NCBI RefSeq assembly: GCF_902713615.1
Contig: NC_052152.1
Span: 41,391,810 to 41,455,809 of the forward strand
Direction of reading: 5' to 3'
DNA: 64,000 bases
From: Scyliorhinus canicula
Taxonomy: Eukaryota
A program made the translations under genes and the position numbers. A model generated the notes under the pieces. It was given only the letters and a program-made list of their open reading frames with translations. It was not told where the DNA came from and did no database searches. Positions 38,001 to 49,774 of this stretch are shown here, in pieces. Each line of letters opens with the position of its first letter. The first letter of the stretch is position 1.

Positions 38001-38934
38001 GCCTATACACCCAATCAGCTGCTTCCACTTGCCCTGCGTCACTTTTGAATCCTTATTTCACCTCAGGAACTAGCACTCCGCTCTCAGTCTCGCTCTTTCT
38101 CATGATTTTTTAATCCTCCCGGCTCACTAGCTCTCGTAGTCCTTTTTCCTCCTGGATCCAAATCCAGTCTCGTTCTCTCTTGCGCTCCTTAATCTGCCTG
38201 ACTCGGCTCTCTGTTTCACTCTTTCATGCGCTCTTTTTTCTCCCTGTCTATGCTTCCTGGCTTTGTTTACTAAATGACCTTATTTCACTTTGACTTGATT
38301 TCACTTCACTTCCCTATTGTTAGTGTTCCTTACTGAAATTCAAGAAGCTGCTTCTTTATAAATCACCCGTTTTTCTAGTTAAACTTATTTAAACACAATT
38401 CCTAATAGCAGCTTCTGACCAAGCAATGAATTTACCATTTTTCTGTGATGACACTTCTGGATTGTTTTTCAAACTCAGCCTTTTGCCTCAGAAGGGGTGA
38501 CCCTAACTGGTCCAGCTGTCTCTACTGCCGGAGGGTGAGTGAAGGCCCCGAGCCTTGCTCTCTATTCATCAACTGCCCCAGTAGAGGTGTCCCTCGCATG
38601 TATGACTGTCTCCACTACTGAAAGGTGTGTGAAAGCCCCGAGTTGCGCTCTCTATTCATCAGCTGCGCCGATAGAGGTGTCCCTCACAGGTCCGGCTGCC
38701 TCTGCTCCCGGAAGGTGAGTTGGTGCGCTGTTGGCCAATCTGATTGGCCGAAAGCTCTTAGAGGTAGGACCTCTTTCCAAGGGCCGACTCTCAGGATGGT
38801 AAACGCTGATCGCTTGGCCATCCTTATATTCCTACCCATGTAGTAAATATTTGAGTATTTTGGAAATTATACAAATTAACTGAATTTCTGGATGTCAGAT
38901 TGGGTCAGTTAGCAGCACTTGCTGCGCACAATCT

Positions 38935-39060
38935 AGCCTGACATTTCGCTGAGGGAATTGGTGTCAATTTTTAGATGAGACATTAAAGAAATGCCCTTCT
39001 TCAGAAGCGTGTTAACCATCACACTATTCAAAGAAGAGTAGGAAGTTTTGATTTCTCTCA
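38935..39060 (+). mobile_element. Decayed Deu-domain SINE remnant
   Basis: ctgagggaattggtg..agatgagacattaaa..cactattcaaagaagag. Confidence 0.45.
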
Positions 39061-39162
39061 CACAGCACCAGAAAAAAAAAGATAAAGAATGCTGTCCAGT
39101 GACGCAGATTAGAAGTTAAAGTATCAGTCATTGATCATATATTTTACTGGTAAGGCATTATC

Positions 39163-39488
39163 GAATCATAAAATTATAGAATTTACAGTGCAGAAGGAGG
39201 CCATTCGGCCCATCAAGTCTGCACAGGCTCTTGGAAAGAGCATGCCTCCACCTAACCCCATAACCCAGTAACCCCATCTAACCTTTTTGGACACTATGGA
39301 CAATTTATCATGGCCAATCCACCTAACCTGCACATCTTTGGACTTTGGAAACCAGAGCACCCAGAGGAAACCCACGCAGACACGGGGAGAACGTGCAGAC
39401 TCCGCACAGTGACCCAAGTTGGGAATCGAACCTGGGACCCTGGAGCTGTGAAGCAACTGTGCTAACCACTATGCTACCGTGCTGCTCC
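39163..39488 (-). mobile_element. HE1-type V-SINE 40 bp downstream of the C1 donor
   Basis: Full head, V domain and tail. Confidence 0.95.
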
Positions 39489-39527
39489 TTATATTGTATT
39501 TAATACCATCTATGCAATTATTTGTAC

Positions 39528-39833
39528 CTTGGTTACTAACAGAAATCCTTTCCGTGATGGGTGCAGACAGTGTCGAGTGGTTCACTTGACAGGAATAATT
39601 CCCACCTTCATTCCAGTCAAATAGAGAAAGATTCAGGAAGCTTGTAATGGAGAATGAGCCATCGCTGTTAGCGCAGAGGGTCCCATTCATACTGCCGTTG
39701 GTGACTGACCATCCATCTTTAAACCAGGACACTTGAATGCTCTCAGGATAGAACTCCAGTGATGTGCAGATTAGCTGTACACCTTCATTAGGGGAAGGCA
39801 GAGTCTCTGCTCTTAACCGGACTGTGGGAGAAG
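39528..39833 (-). CDS. Ig C1-set domain exon
   Basis: 306-nt phase 1-1 exon (ttgattttcag ... gtacaa). ASPTVRL..LICTSLEFYPESIQVSWFKDG..NSDGSFSITSFL..YSCQVNHSTL carries the C1 hallmarks C-x5-FYP, W and Y-x-C-x-V-x-H. Confidence 0.95.
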
Positions 39834-40126
39834 CTGAAAATCAATTGTAACAAGTTAGATATTTTATTTCCAATCTTTACTCTGCCTGTTATTTTTTCCA
39901 CCGCTTCCGTCAATTGTTACTTTGTAAGCTTATGTTTACTGTGAGACGTGTGTTTAAAAGCTAACTGTAGAAATTTAAAAAAAATGTATTTGGCTGCACC
40001 TATTCCCCAGGCGTTCATCAAAATCTCCAGAGCTGTGACACCCCCTACATTGTCAGGTATCAGGATCTGACCGGCTCGCTCCCTTCTTTCACTTGTTTCC
40101 TCCAAGACCCTGCCTGACATCCCTAA

Positions 40127-40413
40127 TGATGTGACCATCAATTCACGAGAAACAGAGAGTAGATGTAAACTGTGGCTTTAATCGACTAGAACAGTGCCTG
40201 CCTGCGACTGCTCTGCTAGTGAGAGCCGCCTACAGGGCAGCTGCTCTTTATACCTCCCCCCAAGCGGAGGAGCCAGGGGCGGAACCCACAATGGCACCAA
40301 TATGATACATCACAGGTAATACCTTAAAATGGTCCATAGGTGGAGACCTCATGGGCAACAGCGTGGTACAGTTACATATATGGTGAATGGTTACCTGCAA
40401 TACGTTCACCACA
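40127..40413 (-). mobile_element. Solo Gypsy LTR in the V-C1 intron
   Basis: TG..CA termini, 5-bp TSD CCTAA on both sides, similar in layout to the LTRs of 19364-22979. Confidence 0.9.
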
Positions 40414-41884
40414 CCTAAGTCATCTGGTTCCTCCCAGAAAATTGACCAACATCATGATTGCGGTTTGCTCCCAGTTGGAATACTCCTGATTCCCTCTTGC
40501 CCCTCGGGCCTCCATTCTGTGGTCTGCGCTATTGTTGGTGGGTGACTGAACTTGCTGATTTCCTTTGAAGTAATTTAATGAGGAAGGCACCAAGGTGGGG
40601 GGCCATGAATGGAATGGGCACTGTCGTGACTGTCTCAGTGTCTCCAAATCTGTCTCCTTACTTTCTTTATAAAAAATAACAACAAATCGGCCAGGATGCA
40701 CTGATTTGGAAGTCGTCACTCAGGAAAAATGTTGGGAAGAATCCCAGCTCTGTAGTTTGAAAATTTTCTATAACTTGGATTTTTCTGAAAGGAGTTTTAG
40801 GCCTGAGAGATTTAGCATATTTGATTTAATTATAGATAAAATTGCAGACATTATCCTCAAAATGCTGGTGTTAAAACACAATAACCACAAGATGCAAAGT
40901 TAATCTTTCTTTTCGAAGATTGGGAAGTGAAAATACCTTGCACTCCGAGCAATATCTTTGGATCAAATTGCAATAACTGTTTGCCTGGATTCACCGAGGA
41001 ATCCTCAAGCTGTTGTTGTTAATTTAATAAATAGCCAAAGCAGATTGCCAAAATGATTTTGAACCACCTGTATGGATTGTGTTATATTCAGAGGGAGCGA
41101 TGATCAACTCTGTTGAAGTCTCTGTAACCACTGTTATTTAACTGGGATAACTTTGAATCGAGGTCCAAGTTTGAATTCATCTTTATGTTTTTCCTTTTAA
41201 TGGAGATGCAGTTGATGCTGACAGCTTGATGTATCAGCACATGTTGGTTTATTTAAACTGCAGTTGATTTTCATTCACTTGGAAGAAACCACATCATTTT
41301 ACACAATGTGCTGATCATGAAACATACTAATGACCAAAGGTGCAGCAAATTACACAACACAGGCCACAAATACTGCCTTCTTTCCCCTTCCTGCCGTTGA
41401 GTACATAGGGCCCCAGATTCTTATGTCGATAATGGAATCTCCGAAATCTGCCCTTTATTTTTTAGAAAAAAATAGTTTTTGAAACATATCGGCATCTACT
41501 CAAGATGTTGGAATAGATTGTTGAGTGAATGCTTTCTGCCATTGTGTGTTCTTTTACTGAAATATACTGAAAAAATGCTGACTTTATCAAATTGCGTACA
41601 ATTAAATAAATTAATTTGTTTTTGTCTTTCTCATCTCTTTGATATCACTCACTCTCAGAAATAAAAGTTTCTCTTCTTACAATCTGCATGTTTTAAAAAC
41701 TCAAGCTTGGTGCCGTCGAACAAAAAAGCATAAGGAAAACCTTGCATTTACGAAGCTTCTTTCAGGGCCTCCAGAACATTAATTGATACTCAGCCACTGA
41801 AATACTTCTTCAAGTGTAGTCACATTTTAGGAACAGTTACTCCTGTTCAGTTTACATTATAGGGCAACACTACAATCAACTCAC

Positions 41885-42250
41885 CTTCCACTGTGAGGTG
41901 TGTGCCTTTACCTTTGGCTGCTAGTGCAGGGGGGGGTATTTCAATAAATACCTGACAGAAGTAAATGCTGGAATCTTTTAAGTAAAGATCGTAGATTGTT
42001 AAAGATGACGAGTTTGTCGAGATGTCCACTGTGATATTAGCATGTTCCACACAATGCCATAATGTGTACTTTGCATTATTTTTATTGTAAGTATAATCAC
42101 AAAGCCCTTGTGCACTGTCTTTTCTTCCCCATTTTATTCTCAACTGTTCTCCGTTTTCATTACTGTACGAACAGTTTATTATCACGGCCTGTCCTTTCAA
42201 TGCTTTGATCGCAGACGGCGTTTGGGAAACCGTCAGGTTTCGGCTTTTAC
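41885..42250 (-). CDS. Ig V-set (VJ-type) domain exon, TMIGD2/CD28H- and NKp30-like
   Basis: 366-nt phase 1-1 exon bounded by tttttcttttacccctag and gtgagt. Translation GKSRNLTVSQTP..INCSY..LRIKW..LC..C..DSSIYFCQVFIEIPPP..GKGTHLTVE shows B-strand Cys, C-strand Trp, D-x-x-x-Y-x-C and a J-like G-x-G-T-x-L-x-V. Confidence 0.95.
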
Positions 42251-43179
42251 CTAGGGGTAAAAGAAAAATCATTAATTTATCTAGAAAATCCAACATTGGT
42301 AACCCATTATCTGGCTCACATGTCACAACCAACCCATTTAAAATCCAGGGTCAGTTAATTTTGATGATAATCACTCCACTCCAATGTTCGCACACCGCTG
42401 ACTTTACATTTGTTTGCGAAGGGAGAGTTACATACTGTTAGGCAGAGAGACTCTCTCTTTGTGAAATGGTGCTGGAGGCCCACATCTGCAAGTCTCGCCT
42501 CCTAACCCAGCCTCCACCATTTTCGTGGGGGTGGGGGAGGGTGGAATACACCATGGGTTCATGGTTCACAGAGGCAAGTCTTCTTCAGTCTGATATGATT
42601 TTAGCAAGAAGGAATGGGAAACATGACTTGTGCATATTAGACCTGGTAGGAGATTATTTAAACTTATTGGTGTTCACCGGAAAGGTAAGGTACCCATTTG
42701 GAGAGGTAGGATACATTTTTAATAAGGACCCAGGCACTTTTGGGAGTCTTCAAGTGCCCCTTTGTGGGAGAAAAAGAGCCCTTTGGGATTGCGAAAAGTA
42801 GCTATGACTGTGAATAAAACACATTGGAACTGTCAAAGGAAATATCAAGGGCGATGTCAAGGGGGCTGTCAAAACATTTACGTCTCCTGCCCTTCAAATA
42901 TTTGAAAAAAAACTGTCTGCAGTGTGGAAAAAATAAATCAGTTCTTGCTTTTTCACCCCATCTGTTGAAATAAACCTGAGGGTTAGCATTACAGGATTAG
43001 TGCTGCATGACTGATTTTTGCAACCTATTACAATCGCAGTGGGATCCTGCCAGATCACAGTTTGAACACTCCAAATGCTTATGAAGTCTTTGAAGTGCGA
43101 TTTTGAATCAAAATGCTTGTTCTTGTAAGGGACTAAAGGACATTAAATGTTGTGAATGGGTGAGAGTTCTTCTTAAGAA

Positions 43180-43488
43180 ATATTTTTATTTAAGTCTTTT
43201 TACATATATACACAAATATCAGAAGACCAAAACATCAACCTGAACTAACAACCACAAATCCCCAACCTCTCCTGATGCTAACACACCACGGCCTTCCTAA
43301 TTTCTATCCCCTTATCCACCCCCACTCCACCATTCCCCAGCCTTTGGTGGCTCCGAGTCCCATCAACACAACAAAATCCGTCTCTAGGTTATCAGGGAGG
43401 CAAAGGCCAATACATCGGCCTCTCTCCTCAACTGGACTCCAGCACATCGAATATCATAACCCTCCCTACAGCCAACCAACAAACAAAG
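43180..43488 (-). mobile_element. L1 3' fragment
   Basis: Decayed ORF2 end (DVLAFASLI..ILL) plus T-rich tail on the plus strand. Confidence 0.6.
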
Positions 43489-43489
43489 A

Positions 43490-43853
43490 GGGGCAGCAGG
43501 GTAGCATGGTGGTTAGCATAAATGCTTCACAGCTCCAGGGTCCCAAGTTCGATTCCCGGCTGGGTCACTGTCTGTGTGGAGTCTGCACGTCCTCCCCCTG
43601 TGTGCGTGGGTTTCCTCCGGGTGCTCCGGTTTCCTCCCACAGTCCAAAGATGTGCGGGTTAGGTGGATTGGCCATGCTAAATTGCCCGTAGTGTCCTAAC
43701 AAAAGTAAGGTTAAGGGGGGGGGTTGTTGGGTTACGGGTATAGGGTGGATACGTGGGTTTGAGTAGGGTGATCATGGCTCGGCACAACATTGAGGGCCGA
43801 AGGGCCTGTTCTGTGCTGTACTGTCCTATGTACTGTCCTATGTCCTATGTCCT
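43490..43853 (+). mobile_element. HE1-type V-SINE, full length
   Basis: Head, V domain and (gtcctat)n tail. Confidence 0.95.
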
Positions 43854-44344
43854 AAATGGCACTCCAAGACCCCCGGGATGGCCATCACACATGGTCTCTG
43901 TTTGATGAGCCTGGGTGAGGCCTCACCGGTGCAGCCATTGACACCCAGGAGCCAGAAGAATGCGGCCTGAATCAGGCTGCACAAAGTTTGGCTCATTTAA
44001 ATATCGTTACCTGGATCAAGCCCAGTGAGGGTGTGATCCAGATTGCGCCTGTAGCCACATGTCTGGTGACTCGTGCAGTTTTGCGACCAGTGCAAAGGCC
44101 ATTTGGGCCTCTCCTGCAATGCTCCCGGTGCAACAGAACTGACTCCGGACGCAAAATAGTGGGAAAACTGCGGCCAACAATTCTTGTCCAATTATCACTG
44201 ATTCTGAACCGCGCACTAGCAATGCAAATCAGCTGTTGTAAATTTCACCGAGACAGCACATGCGCATTGCCAAAGGAAATTTTAAATGCACTGACCACTT
44301 CCTAAAGAGCTTCATATATTTTCACTTCCACAGCGAAAGAAAAA

Positions 44345-45060
44345 ATGCAAGTACTTGTATTTATATAGTACCTTCCACAGCCTTAGAATGACTCAAAGCG
44401 CTCTAACGTCATTGAGTTACTGCTCGAATGTAAGAAATGCTGCAGCCAATTCGAGCCCAGAAAGATTCCATAAACCTCAATGAAACCATGACTGGACCAT
44501 CTGATTTTAGTAGTAGAAGAACAGAGGATGCTGGAAAGTTCAGCAGGTCTGCACATCCTCCCCGTGTGTGCGTGGGTTTCCTCCGGGTGCTCCGGTTTCC
44601 TCCCACAGTCCAAAGATGTGCAGGTTAGGTGGATTGGCCATGCTAAATTGCCCTTAGTGTCCAAAATTGCCCTTAGTGTTGGGTGGGGTTACTGGGTTAT
44701 GGGGATAGGGTGGAGGTATTGACCTTGGGTAGGGTGCTCTTTCCAAGAGCCGGTGCAGACTCGATGGGCCGAATGGCCTCCTTCTGCACTGTAAATTCTC
44801 TGATAATCTATGAAACCTCTGCAGCATTTCCTCTCCTGACAGATGTTACCAGACTGAGTTTTCCCAGCATCCTCTGCTCTTCTTTCCGAGTCCAGCTCCT
44901 GGAAGTATTTTGCTTTTGCTCTGATTTTAGCGATGTTGGCTGAGGGATTGGTCAGGACACATGGGAAAACCCCAAGGACTTCCTCAAAAATCAGGATCTT
45001 TTGGTCCTCGCTGTGAGGAGGCAGAGCCTCACCCCAAATGCCACACTTTTAGAATGGGTA
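44345..45060 (-). mobile_element. Old Deu-SINE (SacSINE-like) interrupted by a Penelope-type remnant and an HE1 copy
   Basis: L2-type tail acttgtatttatatag.. at 44350-44515; Deu-like core at 44935-45060. Confidence 0.5.
44549..44813 (+). mobile_element. HE1-type V-SINE, 5'-truncated
   Basis: V domain and tail. Confidence 0.92.
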
Positions 45061-45069
45061 TATAGACCA

Positions 45070-48000
45070 TGTGGTAGTCACCACTGTTGTATTGTTGTAT
45101 TGTATATATCGTATATAAGGTGTATTACGGTAAGGCCCCTGTACTACAGGTACGGGGGTAGATCCCTGCCTGCTGGCTCCGCCCAGTAGGCGGAGTATAA
45201 ATGTGTTGGCTCTCCGAGCTGCAGCCATTTCGGCAGCAGCTGCGGGAGGCTACACATCTCTGCATAATAAAGCCTCGATTACTCTCTACTCTCGTCTCGT
45301 CGGAATTCATAGTGCATCAATTTATTACGCAGAGGTTTTACAACGATGGATCTCCGCATCAAGCCTGATCGCCTGCAGCTGCACCCTCAAGCAGACAACG
45401 CCAAGTCGGCCTTCGCACATTGGCTAGCTTGCTTCGAGGCATACATCAGATCTGCAACAGAACCACCCTCAAAGGCACAGAAACTCCAGATGCTTTACAC
45501 GTGGCTGAGCTCCGATATCTTTCCCCTCATCCAGGACGCACCTACCTACGCTGAGGCCATGACACTACTGAAGGAGAACTACGCTCAGCAGACCAACAAA
45601 ATCTACGCCAGGCACCTCCTGTCCACGCGGCATCAACTCCCCGATGAGTCTGTGGAAGATTTCTGGCGTGCCCTGCACACCCTTGCGAGGGACTGCGATT
45701 TCCAGGTCGTTTTGGCCGTTGAACATTCTGAACTTGTAATTAGAGACGTGTTCGTTACTGGCATAGGGTCAGCGTACATCTGTCAGCGCCTCTTAGAAGG
45801 GGCTACCCACGACCTTGCAGCGACCAAGAAGCTACCGATCTCACTCACGATCGCCTCCCGCAATGTACAGGCGTATGCCCCCGACTGCACGGCCCACCCC
45901 TCCTGGGCATGGTGGACCCTGCCAGCGAACACCCCATCATGGACCCACCAGCGGCCGCCCCCAGCCAACCCCAGCTTGGAGCGCGCTCTGCAAGGCCTGC
46001 GGGAAGAAAGGACATTTTGCTGCTGTGTGCCAGGCCCGCTCGATCGCCGCTATTGTCCCTGCACCCCCCACATGCGGCCCATGGGCACCGCCATCTTGCC
46101 TCCCTCAGGACACGTGCGCCCCTTGGGCGCCGCCATCTTCCCCGCCTCAGGATCCCTGCTCGTCGGGCTGCTCATCGCCAGCAACCGCCGCCGACCAGCC
46201 ACATCTCGCCTCCATCATGATTGACCAGTCCTGACCGCACAACCTCGCGACCACGTCAACGACAGAGAAGGTCGACGGGCACAAGGTTTCCTGCCTTCTG
46301 GACTCCAGGAGCACTGAGAGCTTCATCCACCCCGATACGGTAAGGCGCTGCTCACTCACAGTACACCCCATTTACCAGAAAATCTGCCTGGCCTCCGTGG
46401 AGATCTGGGGGTACTGCACCGCCACCCTCACCATCCAGGGCACAGAGTTCAGCGGCTTCCGCCCCTACATTCTCCCCAACCTCTGCGCTGCCTTTCTACT
46501 CAGCCTGGACTTCCAGTGCAACCTCCAGAGCCTAACCCTGATATTTGGCGGGCCCTTACCACCCCTTACTGTCTGCGGCCTCACGACACTTAAGGTCGAC
46601 CCGCTTTCACTGTTTGCGAACGTCACCCCAGATTGCAAACCAGTCGCCACCAGGAGCAGATGGTACAGCGCCCAGGACAGGACCTTCATCAGGTCTGAGG
46701 TCCAGCGGCTGCTGCAGGAAGGTATTATCGAGGCCAGCAACAGCCCCTGGAGAGCCCAGGTGGTAGTTGTAAAAACTGGGGAGAAAAACAGGATGGTCGT
46801 TGACTACAGTCAGACCATCAACCGGTACCCGCAGCTCGACGCGTATCCCCTCTCACGCATATCTGATATGGTCAATCAGATTGCACAGTACCGGGTCTTC
46901 TCGACGGTGGACCTAAAGTCTGCCTACCACCAGCTCCCCATTCGCAAGGCGGACCACCCATACATCACGTTTGAAACGGACGGCCACCGTTACCACTTCC
47001 TTAGGGTTCCCTTCGGCGTCACTAACGGAGTCTCGGTCTTCCAACAAGAGATGGACCGAATGGCTGACTGGTACGGACTGCGGTCCGCCTTCCCGTACCT
47101 GGATAACGTCACCATCTGTGGCCACGACCAGCAGGACCACGATGCTAACCTTTCCAAATTCCTCCACACCGCCAAACTCCTCAACCTAACCTACAACAAG
47201 GAGAATTGCGTGTTCAGCACAACCCGCTTAGCCATCCTCGGCTATGTGGTTCGAAATGGGGTTCTAGGGCCCGACCCCGATCGCATGCGCCCCCTCATGG
47301 CACTCCTTCTTCCCCATTGCCCCAAGGTCCTCAAACGATGCCTGGGGTTCTTCTCGTACTACGCCCAGTGGGTCCCTAACTATGCGGACAAGGCCCGCCC
47401 ACTTATTCACTCCACTGTTTTCCCACTGATGGCCGAGGCTCACCAGGCCTTCAACCGTATCAAGGCCGACATCGCCAAGGCCGCGATGCATGCGGTCGAC
47501 GAGATGCTTCCCTTCCAATTTGAGATCGATGTATCAGACGTCGCTCTGGCCGCCACCCTCAACCAGGCAGGCAGGCCCGTGGCATTCTTTTCACGCACCC
47601 TCCATGCCTCCAAAATTCGGCACTCCTCCGTCGAGAAGGTGGCCCAAGCCATCGTTGAAGCTGTGCGGCATTTGAGGCATTACCTGGCCGGCAGGAGATT
47701 CACTCTCCTCACTGACCAACGATCGATTGCCTTCATGTTTAACAACACACAGCGGAGCAAGATCAAAAATGATAAGATCTTGAGGTAGAGGATCAAGCTC
47801 TCCACCTACAACTATGAGATTTTGTTTTGCCCCGGTAAGCTCAACGAACCCCCCCCCCCCCCCCCCCCCCCCCCGATGCCCTGTCCCGCGGTACATGTGC
47901 CAACGCAGAAGTGGACCGACTCCGGACCCTGCACGACGATCTCTGTCACCCAGGAGTCACCCGTTTTTTTCACTTCATAAAGGCCCGCAATCTGCCCTAC

Positions 48001-48239
48001 TCCATCGGGAAAGTCAGGGCGATCACCAGAGACTGCCAGGTCTGCGCGGAGTGCAAACCGCACTTCTACCGGCCAGAATCAGCGCACCTGGAGGGCCTCT
48101 CGCCCCTTTGAACGCCTCAGCGTTGATTTCAAAGGGCCCCGCCCCTCCATCGGCACCAGCTGTGGGAGGCTACACATCTCTGCGTAATAAAGCCTCGAGT
48201 ACACTCTACTCTCGTCTCGTCGTAATTGATAGTGCATCA
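45070..48239 (+). mobile_element. Gypsy LTR retrotransposon in the leader-V intron, with deletion from integrase into the 3' LTR
   Basis: 5' LTR 45070-45319; 3' LTR remnant about 48150-48239; perfect TSD GACCA; gag 45346; 463-aa RT/RNase H ORF 46397-47788 (YLDN); HPGV..C zinc finger. Confidence 0.97.
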
Positions 48240-48572
48240 GACCAAATTCACTTTTTTTTAATCATTTCACTTTTTAATACATTTAAAGAACGGCAACATC
48301 ACTAGAGACTGCTTTTGAAAAAATTAGCAGTGCTGCAGCCTGCATTAAAACCATTCTGGAAACATGAAATTAAAGCAGACAATTCTGGGCTTGCACATTG
48401 TTATTAAATCAGCATCTGAAAGAGAAAACTCAGTCAACCTGTCTGGTGGAACATCCATTGCAACTGAACAGGTTTAAGCAGTTATAAAACAACACTTCAC
48501 AGGAATAAAACCCCAAAATATTTTTGCAACATTTGAATGTGAATTGGAAGAAAACATTGTCTGGTCCCTCAC

Positions 48573-48636
48573 CTGCATTGAGGAGAAGATGCAGTAAAAT
48601 AGAAAGCTTGATGCCTTGATTTCCCAGCACTGACAT
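48573..48636 (-). CDS. Leader/signal-peptide exon of an IgSF V-C1-TM receptor gene (MSVLGNQGIKLSILLHLLLNA-G)
   Basis: ATG with A at -3, 21 codons with a hydrophobic core, then G|gtgagg donor (phase 1, matching the V exon). An acceptor (tttcctgctttttcag) 13 nt upstream of the ATG implies the exon begins at 48649. Confidence 0.85.
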
Positions 48637-48724
48637 GATTTGATGAGTTCTGAAAAAGCAGGAAAGGAATCAATGAATTTTGAAAGATAACCGTTGTAGA
48701 TTTTTTAAAATGTTATTATTTATT

Positions 48725-49040
48725 TGCAGGATGTGGGCATTGCTGCTGGCTTGGCCAACGTTTACCCCTTATTACCCTTGATAACTTGTGTGATTCGCTG
48801 AGCCATTTGAGAGACAACCACATTGCTTTGGGTCTTGGGTCACATGTCGGCCACTCCAAATAAGGACAGCAGATTTCCTTCCCTAAACGGCGTTAGTGAA
48901 CCGGATGGGTTTTTCCCGATTATAGTTTCGAGGTCACGATTAGACTTTTAATTCCAGATTTGTATTGACTATCCCACCACCTGCCTGGGTTACTGGATCA
49001 CTAGTTCAGCGACAATTCCACTACGTCACACCCTCCCCTT
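48725..49040 (-). mobile_element. Bipartite non-autonomous derivative of the family C LINE (5' head joined to 3' tail)
   Basis: 48800-49040 matches the head at 60612-60900; 48725-48790 matches the 3' end at 24095 and 37050. Confidence 0.7.
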
Positions 49041-49112
49041 CTCTCCCACCAGCAGTGGAGATTCACTGATTTAGTATTCTTTAACTATCTATCTCTAGCA
49101 TCTAACACTTTA

Positions 49113-49774
49113 GGCGTGATTTAATGGCCACTCTGCTCCAGAAAAGCAGTGTGCCGCAGTGCAGTGTGGCCAATAAAAGCCAGGAGACCCTGTTCTCGGG
49201 ATCTACCCAATTTGCAACGCCTCGTGTGATCTAGCTAAACGTTGCGATGTAAATCCTGCCCATTATCGGCGGGATTACTTTTTAGCAAATCTGCATATCA
49301 ATGTAAAACGGCTAGTCTCACTTTAATGTGCAGATGCCTGAGTTACCAAGGCGTGGGAGCAATCTCCTGTGCCTTGGAAATTTCAGGTGAGTGCTATTTG
49401 CCACACAAGGGGGACCCCTAGGAGACTGGAGGTCCCCAGGTGCATGCCCTTTTGGAAGGGTGGCACCCTGGCACTGCCAAGGTGCCCAGGTGGCTCTGTC
49501 AGATGTCATGGGCATTGCTAGGTTGGCACTGCCAAGGTGCCAAGCTGACATTTTGTGCATGGGTCTGATCACCATTAAAAATGGTGTCCCAATCTCTCAC
49601 TACACTTGTGAGCTCTGGCTCACGAGGCTATTTACGGCCTTGGCTGCATGTCCCCCATTGAGGCCCCTTATCAAACGTGAATCGCTTTTCATAGTCTTGT
49701 GTTTCTCAGCACTGGAAACACACGGCTAAACGTGCTCGCAATGAAACTTTGTTCCCATTTAGTTAAACGTGGCC
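49113..49774. mobile_element. Non-autonomous TIR element (MITE-like)
   Basis: Imperfect ends ggcgtgatttaa / ttaaacgtggcc; interior shared with 18990-23181. Confidence 0.55.

Noticed and set aside
41889-41895. CACAGTG heptamer at the end of the V exon as a recombination signal sequence
   Set aside because: It is coding sequence (L-T-V), and no ACAAAAACC-like nonamer follows at a 12- or 23-nt spacing.
42436-42880. Possible additional solo LTR in the leader-V intron
   Set aside because: It has a TGTTAGG start and an AATAAA, but no matching CA end or TSD could be fixed.
47848-47874. Long poly-C/poly-G runs (also near 8688, 31910, 51071 and 56548) as functional elements or programmed frameshifts
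   Set aside because: They are homopolymer expansions inside TEs whose length is error-prone in assemblies; there is no independent support.
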